58,523 nt of DNA from Candidatus Woesearchaeota archaeon (GTDB lineage Archaea > Nanobdellota > Nanobdellia > Woesearchaeales > JACPBV01): the NCBI GenBank assembly GCA_019322475.1, contig JAHWIN010000031.1, forward strand, positions 1 through 58,523, given 5' to 3'. The notes below the pieces were generated by a model. The model saw only the letters and a list, made by a program, of their open reading frames with translations, had not been told where the DNA came from and searched no databases. The position numbers were made by a program, and so were the translations under genes. Below are positions 8,483 through 17,882 of this stretch, piece by piece (position 1 is the first letter of the stretch; each line of letters begins with the position of its first letter).

Positions 8483-9595
8483 TCAGCAGTGCTCGTCATA
8501 TGTGAATGTCTTTCCGCAGTAATTCTTAAGAACTATCTTCCTGTCATCCCTTTCTACTATGTAGTTTGGAAGTATCGGTATCTTCCCCCCTCCGCCAGGA
8601 CTGTCTATGACAAAATGGGGGACTGCAAGGCCTGATGTCCACCCCTGTATGGAGCTTATTATACTGAGCCCTGCTTCAACCTTTGTCCTGAAATGGTTTA
8701 TGCCTTTTGTCATGTCTGCCTGATAGATATAGTATGGGCGGACCCTTATCGAAAGCAGCTTCTGCATCAGGTCTTTCATGACCTTGGGGTCATCGTTGAC
8801 GCCTTTCAGCAGGACTGTCTGGCTGCTTAGAAGTATCCCTGAGTCTGCCAGCATATTGCAGGCACTTGAGCTCATGTCAGTTATCTCATCAGGGTGCGCG
8901 AAATGGACATTTATGTATAGGGGATGGTATTTCTTCAGCATGCTGCATAATTCAGGGGTTACCCTGTGGGGAAGGGCGCATGGGACCCTTGTCCCTATCC
9001 TTATTATCTCAACATGCTTGATGCTCCTAAGCTGCTTAAGGATCCACTCAAGATAGGAGTCAGAGAGCAGGAAAGGGTCGCCTCCTGAAAGCAGGACATC
9101 CCTTATCTCAGGATGGGCTTTTATGTATTCTATGCCCCTCTGTATCTGGCTTCTTGTTATCCTCTTGAACGGGTCGCCGACTTTTCTTTTTCTTGTGCAG
9201 AACCTGCAGTACATCGAGCATTGGTTGCATACAAGGAACAATACCCTGTCAGGATACCTGTGGGTAAGGCCGGGAACAGGAGAGTCCCTCTCTTCACAGA
9301 GGGGGTCTTCAAAGCCTTCCGGATCATCCAGCTCATTTACATCAGGTATGCACTGCTTCCAGACGGCATCGTCCTTCTTTTTTATAAGGCTAAGGTAATA
9401 GGGGTTTATCCTCATTGGATATTTTTTTATGACTTCCTTCAGCTTTTCCTTGTCTATGTTGCCCCTGCAGATCGTGTCAAGCTGCTCTTCGTCGACTATG
9501 CTTTTCTTCAGCAGCTCTTCCCACAGCTCAACCTGCTCTATCTCTTTTACGAACCTCTTCTTCAACAATGTTTTTTCCTGCTGGTCCTGCATCAT
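8483..9595 (-). CDS. KamA-family radical SAM / PLP aminomutase (lysine 2,3-aminomutase-like)
   Basis: Motifs: CNQCSMYCRFCTRKR (CxxxCxxC), THRYPDRVLFLV, LSGGDP, IRIGTR. The 370-aa length fits the family. The substrate (Lys, Glu or Arg) cannot be assigned by eye. Confidence 0.85.
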   Translation of the reverse strand: MMQDQQEKTLLKKRFVKEIEQVELWEELLKKSIVDEEQLDTICRGNIDKEKLKEVIKKYPMRINPYYLSLIKKKDDAVWKQCIPDVNELDDPEGFEDPLCEERDSPVPGLTHRYPDRVLFLVCNQCSMYCRFCTRKRKVGDPFKRITRSQIQRGIEYIKAHPEIRDVLLSGGDPFLLSDSYLEWILKQLRSIKHVEIIRIGTRVPCALPHRVTPELCSMLKKYHPLYINVHFAHPDEITDMSSSACNMLADSGILLSSQTVLLKGVNDDPKVMKDLMQKLLSIRVRPYYIYQADMTKGINHFRTKVEAGLSIISSIQGWTSGLAVPHFVIDSPGGGGKIPILPNYIVERDDRKIVLKNYCGKTFTYDEHC

Positions 9596-9766
9596 AACCC
9601 TCTTTTTTACCTTTTTTGAACCTAATCTTCTATAGGCATACTATCATTATGTAAACACCAAAGAAAAACAATGTTTTTTCGAAACATATCTTATTTCACC
9701 AGTTTTTTACCAAAAAAATCTGAATTTTTATGAAATTTTATCCAGATTACTGATATTTAAAGGTTA

Positions 9767-9868
9767 TTATTTTTTTATTTTCTCGTCGGTAAAATAAGAA
9801 CAATCTCCAAAAAAATCTTTTTTATTTTTTCAGCAAAAATTATTTTTTTATTTTCTCGTCGGTAAAAT
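9767..9868. repeat. Two identical 29-bp direct repeats (TTATTTTTTTATTTTCTCGTCGGTAAAAT) at 9767-9795 and 9840-9868
   Basis: Read directly from the sequence. They lie in the 435-bp AT-rich gap between the decarboxylase and the KamA-like gene and are separated by 44 bp. Confidence 0.85.
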
Positions 9869-10030
9869 CAGCATTATGTTTTGAAAATTTTTTCTGAGAA
9901 TAATCTTTGCAGGCTATTTTTGTATTTTTTAGGCATGGCTTTTTTATGAGGTGTTGAAGATTTTCAATGGAGCTTATGCATGATCAAAATTTTCATCTAA
10001 GGCAAACAGGAAAGATAAAACTGGCCCCTC

Positions 10031-11401
10031 TTAAAACAAACATCCAGAATACCTGTCTTCGAACTTCTCTTTTTCCTTGGCTAAGACCAGCTTGTTGTTT
10101 GAGATTGCAACATATGGGGCGTTTTCCTTTATCAGCCTCCAGGCCCTTGAGAATGTGTAGCTTCCCTGCATCATGACGATAAGTATGTCTCCTTTGCAGC
10201 ACCCTTTGCCGAAGTAAGAATAGCCCCACAGGTCATCGGCCTTGCACAGGCTTCCGTAGATTATCTTTCTTGAAAGCTCAGGAGAGGGTCTTGAAAGGTT
10301 GACTATGGGGGAGAAAAGATGCTTTGAGAAGTCCAGCCCGCCTATGAGGTTCATGCCGCCATCGGCGATGACATTGCTTCCTTTTTCTGCAATCACCTTA
10401 AGCAGTATGTGCGTAGAGTTGTTTGATATATATCTTCCAGGCTCAAGATATAACCTGATATCTTTGTTGAAAGGGAATATATATTTTTTTAGGCTTTCTG
10501 ATATCTCCTTTCCGAACTTTTCAAGCGGATCTACGTCGTCTATAAAGAACCTTTGCCAGTCAAAGCCTATCTTTTTGCCTTCAGTCTCATGGACCACCTC
10601 TTCTAGGACATACCTGTGGGTAAATTTTGCCAGGGTTGCCTGGCTTTCAGGACATATGCCTCCCCCTATGTCAAGGAACTCTAATCCATTAAGATTTTCT
10701 TTCAGGAACTCCCCTATGGCCTTTATGCTCCTGCAGTACCTTTCCGGGCTGTCATTCCATGATGAGTGGAAATGCAGGCCTTTCAGGCATATGCTTTTGC
10801 TTTCTTTGGCTTTTTTTATCGCCTCTTTCAACGAGCCCAGAGGTACCCCGAACTTGCTCCAGTTTTTCATTATATCCCTGTCAGGGTTTACCCTTATGCT
10901 TACGCTTATCCTGCTGCTGCCGGCCATGCTTATTATCCTGTCAAGCTCGTCCTCGTTGTCAGCATTTATCATGACCTTTTCGCTGTTTCTTATGGCCAAC
11001 GCCAGCTCTTCATCACTTTTTCCAGGCCCGGTAAATATTATCTTTTCAAAACCAAGCTTCAGGGCAAGCTTTAGCTCAAAAAGGCCAGCGACGTCTGCGT
11101 TGTACCCTAATGACGTTACTTTTTTTGCCAGGTAAGGGAGGTCATTAGACTTAAGAGCGTAGAAAAATTCAGAGTTTGGGATGTGCTTCCTGAACGTCTT
11201 TATGAAGGAAAGGGCTTTTTCCTTCAATACATCTTCTTCAAGTATATACTGGGGGGTTCCAAACTCCTTTGCTGACCTCAGGAACAGCTCTTTTTTGCCT
11301 ATAGCTTTTTCTATAAGGCCCCTATAATAGCTTCCATCATCTGTCTCTATATCGTCTTCCCATGCTTTTCTTATTATGTCCTTTGATTCGTCCCATATCA
11401 T
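10031..11401 (-). CDS. Fold-III PLP-dependent decarboxylase (Orn/Lys/Arg/DAP decarboxylase family)
   Basis: Motifs: FYALKSN (PLP lysine context), GLHFHSS, LDIGGGI, LEPGRYI, GSLCKADD. The start overlaps the upstream gene's stop (ATGA). Confidence 0.8.
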   Translation of the reverse strand: MIWDESKDIIRKAWEDDIETDDGSYYRGLIEKAIGKKELFLRSAKEFGTPQYILEEDVLKEKALSFIKTFRKHIPNSEFFYALKSNDLPYLAKKVTSLGYNADVAGLFELKLALKLGFEKIIFTGPGKSDEELALAIRNSEKVMINADNEDELDRIISMAGSSRISVSIRVNPDRDIMKNWSKFGVPLGSLKEAIKKAKESKSICLKGLHFHSSWNDSPERYCRSIKAIGEFLKENLNGLEFLDIGGGICPESQATLAKFTHRYVLEEVVHETEGKKIGFDWQRFFIDDVDPLEKFGKEISESLKKYIFPFNKDIRLYLEPGRYISNNSTHILLKVIAEKGSNVIADGGMNLIGGLDFSKHLFSPIVNLSRPSPELSRKIIYGSLCKADDLWGYSYFGKGCCKGDILIVMMQGSYTFSRAWRLIKENAPYVAISNNKLVLAKEKEKFEDRYSGCLF

Positions 11402-12765
11402 CTGCTCAGCTCCTCATCAAATATGGAAGTTACCTTTTCCTTTATATTTCCTCTTATTGAGACGGCGTCATGGGCAGTGAAGAACCTGTCGTAAAGATGG
11501 TCTTCTCTTTCTTTGGCCTCACCTAAAAATAACCTTTTGAACTTATCTATAAGATGGCCTTTACAGCCGAGCTTAAAAGCAAGGTAAAAGGCGAAAAGCT
11601 GTTCGTCCCTTACCGCTTTCGGCTTTTCATATACCCTTTTTGGCTCTTTGTTGAACAAAGGGTAGAGATGCTCATGCTCTTTGCTGAAAAGATCCCTGTT
11701 GAACCGTATAATCGATGGGTCAATACCGTTCGCTTTCAGGTAGAGGAATGATTTTGCACACATAGGGCACTTATAGCACCATCTTTCACCTTCATCCTCT
11801 GATTCAGCCAGGGAGCAGGACATCTGGTATTTTGCAGCCTGAGGGTATCTTCTGAAAAGCACCTTTACCTCTGCTATGTTATAGAGCGGCTCTATCAGTG
11901 AATTGAGCTGTACTTTTCCTCCTGTAAGATCATCGAGGGCCTTGTTCTGGTCAAGCATGCACTTTGCTGACTGCTCATAGGATGGATAAGCCATGAAGCC
12001 TTCCATGTCTGTGAAATGATCGTTGAAGTTCTGCTCGTTGCCGAATATTATCCTGCTTTTTTTTCCGGCAGATGCAAACGGAAGGAGCATCATCATATAG
12101 CCGCTCATCGCATTGCTGCCGTATATCCCTGATGATCCTGTCCTGTTGATCTTGGGGTTTAAGTGTATGTCATCAAGGCCGTCCCGGACAAAGTGAATAT
12201 TCTCCCTGAACTCTTCCTGAAAAGAGGATATAAGCTTTTTCTTCTGGATAAGCTCTTCCTCGTTCATGTCCTCAAAGAATACGAGGTCCATGGGAATGCC
12301 GATCTCTTTTGCTAGGGCATAGGATAGAAGGCTGTCCTTTCCAAGGGAGAAAGACAAGACTGCACCCTCATCGGGGCAGCTTTCAAAAGAGCCTTTCTCA
12401 TCTGCGAGGCTTCCGGAACAGCCTCTACTGAAACTGAATTCAGCTTTCTGGAACCTTTTTTTAAGAGAAGAAGCTGAAACACTGTCTTCAAAAGCCATAC
12501 GGGGAAGATCAAGTTCAGCGCACCTGTCAAAAAAAGCCCTCAATAAGGGATGTGCTGTGCTGAAACTGAACTTTTCTTTGAGCAATGAGGCATATGAGGC
12601 TACCTTTAGGTAAGCTATATTATCGGCAAGTATGCTTTTTGACCTTTCACTTAAAATATCCCAGATGCCATCAGGATAATTTAAGAGATAGTCTTTTCCT
12701 ATATTGCAGCTAAGACCGTTTTCTTTAACCTTAGTCACTATTTCCATCTTTTCCTTCAGCAGCAT
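11398..12765 (-). CDS. Adenine-nucleotide alpha-hydrolase (PP-loop-like) superfamily protein with a C-terminal Cys cluster; function unknown
   Basis: AVLSFSLGKDSLLSYAL resembles the SGGxDS/SxGKDS PP-loop. A later segment reads SC...RWCYKCPMCAKS. I recognise no closer family. Confidence 0.4.
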   Translation of the reverse strand: MLLKEKMEIVTKVKENGLSCNIGKDYLLNYPDGIWDILSERSKSILADNIAYLKVASYASLLKEKFSFSTAHPLLRAFFDRCAELDLPRMAFEDSVSASSLKKRFQKAEFSFSRGCSGSLADEKGSFESCPDEGAVLSFSLGKDSLLSYALAKEIGIPMDLVFFEDMNEEELIQKKKLISSFQEEFRENIHFVRDGLDDIHLNPKINRTGSSGIYGSNAMSGYMMMLLPFASAGKKSRIIFGNEQNFNDHFTDMEGFMAYPSYEQSAKCMLDQNKALDDLTGGKVQLNSLIEPLYNIAEVKVLFRRYPQAAKYQMSCSLAESEDEGERWCYKCPMCAKSFLYLKANGIDPSIIRFNRDLFSKEHEHLYPLFNKEPKRVYEKPKAVRDEQLFAFYLAFKLGCKGHLIDKFKRLFLGEAKEREDHLYDRFFTAHDAVSIRGNIKEKVTSIFDEELSR

Positions 12766-13723
12766 GCCTTTCCATTGAATATGCCAGGATCTTTTCCATC
12801 AGCCCATCAAAGCTTATCCCTGCTTTTGCAGCTGCAAAAGGAAAGGCAGACCTGTCCGAAAGCCCGGCTATCCCGTTGATCTCTATGACATAAGGCTTTC
12901 CATCCTTATCACACCTGAAATCTATCCTTGCCCAGTCCTTACATCCAACAGCGTGATATGCTTTTTTAGCCATCTCCTTTATCTTTTCTTCCATCTCCCC
13001 GGGGAGGGGAGGGCAATCAAAATAGTTGGCTGACCGCTTGGACTTGTCCCAGATCATCCTGCTGCTGTTTTCTCTTGACCTTATCTCAACTATAGGAAGT
13101 ATCTCTAGTGATGAGTTGCCTAATATGCATACTGTGAATTCCCTTCCTTCGAGAAACTCCTCTATCATGGCAGGCTGGCCGTATTTTTCTACTATCTCTT
13201 TGGCCTTTTCCATGGCTTTTTCTTTGGAGATTACAATATTATCTTCAGATATGCCTATGCTTGAGCCTTCATAAGCAGGCTTTATTATCCATGGAAGCAT
13301 CAGGCTGATATTAGAGAACATATCTTCGCCAGGGCTTTTTATGCAGTGAAACCCCGGAGTGGCTATGTTATGATAGCTTAATATCTTCTTTGTCATTATC
13401 TTGTTGAATGTTATCCCTATGGCCAATGCACAGCTTCCTGTAAACGGGATCTTGAGCATCTCCAGGACAGCAGGAAAATAAAGCTCCCTGTTAGCGCCTT
13501 CGACGCCTTCGCTGAAATTAAAGACAAAATCATACCTCTTTTTTCTTAAGCTGTCCAGCGCTTCGGGAGACGCTTCGATAACATCAACATCGTGCTTTTT
13601 TCCGAATGCGTCCCTTATCCTGCTTATTGTCTTATGGGAGTCCATGTCATCGAACTTGTCCTTAGGCGATCTTTCGTCCAGCTCGTACTTTTCATAACAA
13701 TTGCATAAGACTGCCAGTTTCAT
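12731..13723 (-). CDS. D-Ala-D-Ala ligase-family ATP-grasp ligase, paralog 1
   Basis: Motifs: PWIIKPAYEGSSIGIS, QPAMIEEFLEGREFTVCILG, ARIDFRCDKDGKPYVIEINGIAGL. I prefer the ATG at 13723 (MKLAVL), preceded by AGGTG, over the track's GTG at 13732. Confidence 0.8.
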   Translation of the reverse strand: MKLAVLCNCYEKYELDERSPKDKFDDMDSHKTISRIRDAFGKKHDVDVIEASPEALDSLRKKRYDFVFNFSEGVEGANRELYFPAVLEMLKIPFTGSCALAIGITFNKIMTKKILSYHNIATPGFHCIKSPGEDMFSNISLMLPWIIKPAYEGSSIGISEDNIVISKEKAMEKAKEIVEKYGQPAMIEEFLEGREFTVCILGNSSLEILPIVEIRSRENSSRMIWDKSKRSANYFDCPPLPGEMEEKIKEMAKKAYHAVGCKDWARIDFRCDKDGKPYVIEINGIAGLSDRSAFPFAAAKAGISFDGLMEKILAYSMERHAAEGKDGNSD

Positions 13724-13743
13724 ATTTAGCACACCTGTCTGAT

Positions 13744-14763
13744 CTAAATGGCCTGTTTCATTTTAATACCTTTTTCACAGATATCCTGCCTTTTTAACGA
13801 TTCCCTGAATATCTTATAGATTATATCCTCGTATCCGAATCCGGCTGCCTTGGCTGACCTGATGAACCCTGCCCCTTTAGGGTTGATGCAGGGCTTTGTG
13901 TTCACTTCCAGCACATATGGGTCATTACCCTTAAGCCTGAAATCAACCCTTGCATAATCCCTGCAGCCCATGGCAAGAAACGCCTTTTTTGCTGCAGCAC
14001 AAATCTTTTCTTCCTCCGCTTTATCGAGCTCAGCAGGGCACTTCCCTACCGACCTTTTGTAAAGATCATCATCCTCCACCCATTTTGCCTCATAGGTGAG
14101 GATAGCAGGGATTCCAGGAGGGTAATCAAATACTATCTCAGAGAGAGGAAGAACCTCGATGCTTTTTCCGTTGCCTATGACTGCTGCGTTTATCTCCCTT
14201 CCTTCTATGTACTCTTCAGCCAATGCAGGCTGCTTATATACCCTTATTATCTCTTCTGCTTTTTTCCTTAATCCTGCTTCGCTTTTTACAACTGAATTTA
14301 GGCCTATGCCGAGGCTTCCATCGGTATAGCACGGCTTTAATATAATCGGGAAATCAAGGGTCATATCTTCGTTTCCGTCCTTAAACTGCTGAAAGTTCGG
14401 AGTTAAGATGCCTTCTTTGGAAAGGGCATTCTTTGCCTTTGTTTTTTCAAGGCAGCACCTAAGGGTATCTTCTCCTGATCCTGTATAGGGCATGCCTATC
14501 TTGTCAAGCTTTGCAGCTACTTCGCTTTCTGTTATTATGTCCCCTTTTACATCCTCTGCAAGGTTGAATATAAAATCAAACCTTTCAGCTAAGGTTTTAA
14601 ACGCATCAGGGCTGGCTTTTATCAGCGAGGCCTGATGGCCTTTTTTTTCAAGCGCTTTCTTGACACATAAGGAGGTTTCAAATATCTCATTATGGGCTAT
14701 CTCATCTATCTCTTTTCCTGTCCCTTCGCTTTCTGCCAGGTTATAAAGGATGCCTATTCTCAT
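13744..14763 (-). CDS. D-Ala-D-Ala ligase-family ATP-grasp ligase, paralog 2
   Basis: Motifs: FPIILKPCYTDGSLGI, QPALAEEYIEGREINAAVIG, TYEAKW, ARVDFRLKGNDPYVLEVNTKP. Confidence 0.8.
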   Translation of the reverse strand: MRIGILYNLAESEGTGKEIDEIAHNEIFETSLCVKKALEKKGHQASLIKASPDAFKTLAERFDFIFNLAEDVKGDIITESEVAAKLDKIGMPYTGSGEDTLRCCLEKTKAKNALSKEGILTPNFQQFKDGNEDMTLDFPIILKPCYTDGSLGIGLNSVVKSEAGLRKKAEEIIRVYKQPALAEEYIEGREINAAVIGNGKSIEVLPLSEIVFDYPPGIPAILTYEAKWVEDDDLYKRSVGKCPAELDKAEEEKICAAAKKAFLAMGCRDYARVDFRLKGNDPYVLEVNTKPCINPKGAGFIRSAKAAGFGYEDIIYKIFRESLKRQDICEKGIKMKQAI

Positions 14764-14771
14764 TTTTTCTT

Positions 14772-15791
14772 CTAGTAGACATTAATGTTCAGGCTGCCTG
14801 CTTTTCTTTTGAGCGCACTTTTTATTATCTTATCTATAAGCATGTTATAGGAATAGCCTTTTGATTCAGCCATCACAGCCAGGCCGGCGCATTCTGAGAT
14901 CGAGGGATTGGGGTTTACGTCCAGGACAAACGGGTTTTCTGACTTATCTACCCTGAAATCCACCCTGAAATAATCCCTGCACAGCATGACCTCAGATGAA
15001 AGAAGGGCCAGGCTGGTGAGCTTTTCTTTTAAGGTTTTGCTGATATAGGGGGAGTAGTTCTCTTTTGTCCCTTTATACTCCATGCTTTCAGAATCCCATT
15101 TTGCAGAATAGCTTACTATCCTTGGCTTTCCTTCCGGAAACTCGAATGTTGTCTCTGATATAGAAAGCACCTCTTTTTCCTCATCTCCAATGATGCCTAC
15201 GCTGAACTCCCTTCCATCTATGAATTCCTCGGCCAATGCAGGCTGCTTATACTCTTTTATGATTATCTCAACCCTGTCCCTCAGCTCTTCGTCGCATCTT
15301 ACTATCGACTCGTCCTTGATCCCTACCGAGGCGTCTTCCTTTACAGGCTTTACTATCAACGGAAAATTTAATGCAGGACCGATCTTCTCTTTCCCTTCCC
15401 TGAAAACCTGGAACCTTGGAGAAGGTATATTGTAATAAGCCAGCAGCCTTTTTGCCCTGGCCTTATTCAGGCTTAATGCAAGGCTTAGGTAATCAGAGCC
15501 TGTGTAGGGCATCTTTAGTATATCCAGCATCGCAGGCAGGTGGGGCTCCAGCTGGGAGTTTGAAAAAAACCCGTCATCACAGAGGTTGAATGCCAGGCCG
15601 ATGCTTTCTTTGTCCCTTTTTAGCTTTTCAAAAAGGCCAATATCTACGTGATAGACCTTTGCCTCATGGCCCAGAGCCTCTATCGCTTTTATCACAGACT
15701 CTGCGTCCTCATTGGTGTTCCTGCCTTCCCAGTCGAGATGGCACCCTTCAATCTCGTCTTCTGCTTTTGTAAACAGGACCGCTATCCTCAT
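14772..15791 (-). CDS. D-Ala-D-Ala ligase-family ATP-grasp ligase, paralog 3
   Basis: Motifs: FPLIVKPVKEDASVGI, QPALAEEFIDGREFSVGIIG, SYSAKW, FRVDFRVDKSENPFVLDVNPNP. A strong SD (AAGGAGGG) precedes the ATG. Confidence 0.8.
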   Translation of the reverse strand: MRIAVLFTKAEDEIEGCHLDWEGRNTNEDAESVIKAIEALGHEAKVYHVDIGLFEKLKRDKESIGLAFNLCDDGFFSNSQLEPHLPAMLDILKMPYTGSDYLSLALSLNKARAKRLLAYYNIPSPRFQVFREGKEKIGPALNFPLIVKPVKEDASVGIKDESIVRCDEELRDRVEIIIKEYKQPALAEEFIDGREFSVGIIGDEEKEVLSISETTFEFPEGKPRIVSYSAKWDSESMEYKGTKENYSPYISKTLKEKLTSLALLSSEVMLCRDYFRVDFRVDKSENPFVLDVNPNPSISECAGLAVMAESKGYSYNMLIDKIIKSALKRKAGSLNINVY

Positions 15792-15964
15792 GTCTTTTAA
15801 CCCTCCTTAAATGACAATTGCTGCTTTCGCCATAAAATTAAGATATCCCTAAAAAAAATAATCCTGGAGTATTATATAAATTTATTTGTTCTCCAGTATC
15901 ATTTAAGAGATTGGGCTGATGCTTCTGGCTGGATATTTTTCTGAACCAAAGAAATCTTCCGTGC

Positions 15965-17056
15965 CTATCTTTTTATGCCCCACCTTTCCATAGCGCTTCT
16001 TATGACTTCCTTTATGAGCTTTTCATAGCTCCATCCTGCTGCGTAAGCTGCTTTCGGCAGCCTTGAGTTTTTCTTCGGATCTTTCATAAAGCCGGGAAGG
16101 GCGTTAGCCTCAAGGACGTTTGGGATGTTATCCCTGTCAAGCCTTATGTCAACCCTTGCCCAGTCCCTGCAGTTTAGGGCCCTGAACGATTTTAATGCAA
16201 CGTCTTTGATGCTTGTTTCCAGCTCTTTGCTTATGTTAGCAGGGCAGACAATGGGATTGAACCCGCTTTTTTCTATGAATTCGGGGCTGTCATATACCCA
16301 CTTTGCCTCATAACTGTCCATAGGATGTATGTTTTTGGGGAGGTGGTCAAACCTTATCTCTACGATAGGGAGAATTGCCGGTGAATTGCAGCCTATGATC
16401 GATACGGTGAATTCCCTTCCTTCCAGGAACTCTTCTACCAATGCTGGCTGGCTGTAATCTGTTATAGTCTTTTTTACTATCCTTTTCAGCTCTTCTTTAT
16501 CATTTACAAGATTTTCGTTGAATAATCCCTTGGAAGAGCCTTCAAGCAGGGGCTTTACTATCAAGGGGAAGGCAAGATCATCTTGAATTGTCTCATCTGC
16601 ATCTTCAAAAACCTGGAACCTTGGAGTAGGTATGCTGTTCTTTTTGAGGATGTCTTTTGTCTTTGACTTGTTCAATGTTATCATGAGATCTTTGGATGCT
16701 GCAGCAGTGAATGGGATGCCTATGTCTTCACATATCTTAGGGACCAGTGATTCCCGGTCTTCCCCGCTCATGCCTTCGGCGACATTAAAGATGAGGCTGA
16801 TATCTTCTTTCTTTCTTTTTAATTCTTCCCGCAGGGCTTCTTCAGAGAACCTGTTCGTATCTATTATTATCGTTTCATAGCCGCTGGAGGCTATGGCTTC
16901 CTTAAGGTCATCGATAGTCTCTTCTGAGTCAAACTCTGCGTATCTTTCCTCTTCCTCTTCAGAAAGATCTTTGGGCTTTATGCTGCATGTTATGGCTATC
17001 TTTAGACCGTTGTTTTTATCTTCAGACTTATCCCTGCATCCGCAAGAAGGTTCCAT
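15965..17056 (-). CDS. D-Ala-D-Ala ligase-family ATP-grasp ligase, paralog 4 (with an N-terminal Cys/acidic extension)
   Basis: Motifs: FPLIVKPLLEGSSKGL, QPALVEEFLEGREFTVSIIG, SYEAKW, ARVDIRLDRDNIPNVLEANALPG. A 173-bp gap containing a TATA-like element separates it from paralog 3. Confidence 0.8.
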   Translation of the reverse strand: MEPSCGCRDKSEDKNNGLKIAITCSIKPKDLSEEEEERYAEFDSEETIDDLKEAIASSGYETIIIDTNRFSEEALREELKRKKEDISLIFNVAEGMSGEDRESLVPKICEDIGIPFTAAASKDLMITLNKSKTKDILKKNSIPTPRFQVFEDADETIQDDLAFPLIVKPLLEGSSKGLFNENLVNDKEELKRIVKKTITDYSQPALVEEFLEGREFTVSIIGCNSPAILPIVEIRFDHLPKNIHPMDSYEAKWVYDSPEFIEKSGFNPIVCPANISKELETSIKDVALKSFRALNCRDWARVDIRLDRDNIPNVLEANALPGFMKDPKKNSRLPKAAYAAGWSYEKLIKEVIRSAMERWGIKR

Positions 17057-17139
17057 AAAAATCCATTAAGAGAAACTTTAGGGTAGTATTTAAAATTTTG
17101 GGGTGTGAGTTTTTGATGGGAGGGTTTTTTGAAGGAAGA

Positions 17140-17147
17140 TTTATATA
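17140..17147 (+). promoter_or_regulatory. TATA-box-like element (TTTATATA) upstream of the GATase-like gene
   Basis: It ends 24 nt before the ATG at 17172, in the divergent 115-bp intergenic region. A TTTTAAATA element on the other strand lies about 30 nt upstream of the ATG at 17056. Confidence 0.4.
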
Positions 17148-17171
17148 GCCCACCAGACCCCTGGCTTTGCC

Positions 17172-17882
17172 ATGGCAAATCATTCCCCCATTAAGGCAAA
17201 AGATAAAGGTTATCCTATAAAAACTATCACAAAAGCCGATATGCCTATCCTTATAATAGACCATGGAAGCAAACTGGTCAACCAGTTTGAGCATATACTT
17301 GAGACCCAGGGATATAACTGTTCTGAGGTAAAGAATTACAAGGATCTTGGAGACATCAGCGGAAAGGATTATGCGGCTGTTTTTCTTTATGGCGGCAATG
17401 GGAAGATAAGGGGCAACTCTGATCTGAATAATGAGTTAGCCATCTTAAGATACTGCATCAATAATAAGGTACCTACCATGGGAATAAACCATGGGGCCCA
17501 GATTATATGTTATTATTCTGGAAAAGGATGTAATTCCGGAGGGCTTATTTCCAGGCTTGAAAATCCAAGGCAGGGCGTTTTTGGTGATTATGTGACCAAA
17601 GGCAAGGATTCTATACTGAAAGATGTTGAAGGTATAATTACAATGGAATGGCACAAGTGGGCTATAGACCATATAGGAGAGGATTATAATGTTTTGATCA
17701 CAGACGGTCTAAGAAAAATCCAGCTCGCTGTACATAAAGAAGCGCCAGTGTATGCTTCTCAGTTCCATCCTGAGATGAAAAGATCAGAAGGCAGCCTGAG
17801 AACAAATGGAGAGATAATATTTAACAATTTTTTGAATATTGCTTATAATGCTTACCAGAACGCACAAAGGCCTCTTTTGTAG
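17172..17882 (+). CDS. Class-I glutamine amidotransferase-like protein (GuaA-A-like) with the nucleophile Cys replaced by Asn
   Basis: ILIIDHGSKLVNQFEHILETQGY and ASQFHPE match the GMP-synthase GATase subunit pattern. The GIC.G.Q motif reads GINHGAQ (DNA gga ata aac cat). Confidence 0.6.
   Translation: MANHSPIKAKDKGYPIKTITKADMPILIIDHGSKLVNQFEHILETQGYNCSEVKNYKDLGDISGKDYAAVFLYGGNGKIRGNSDLNNELAILRYCINNKVPTMGINHGAQIICYYSGKGCNSGGLISRLENPRQGVFGDYVTKGKDSILKDVEGIITMEWHKWAIDHIGEDYNVLITDGLRKIQLAVHKEAPVYASQFHPEMKRSEGSLRTNGEIIFNNFLNIAYNAYQNAQRPLL

Noticed and set aside
9767-9868. The two 29-bp direct repeats as a mini-CRISPR array
   Set aside because: There are only two copies, the sequence is extremely AT-rich, no cas genes are in the window, and the 44-bp spacer is itself low-complexity poly-A/T. 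They are more likely promoter/operator duplicates.
10299-11135. 278-aa plus-strand ORF
   Set aside because: It is antisense to the PLP decarboxylase, which has clear family motifs. Its translation is Ser/Leu/Phe-rich low-complexity sequence.
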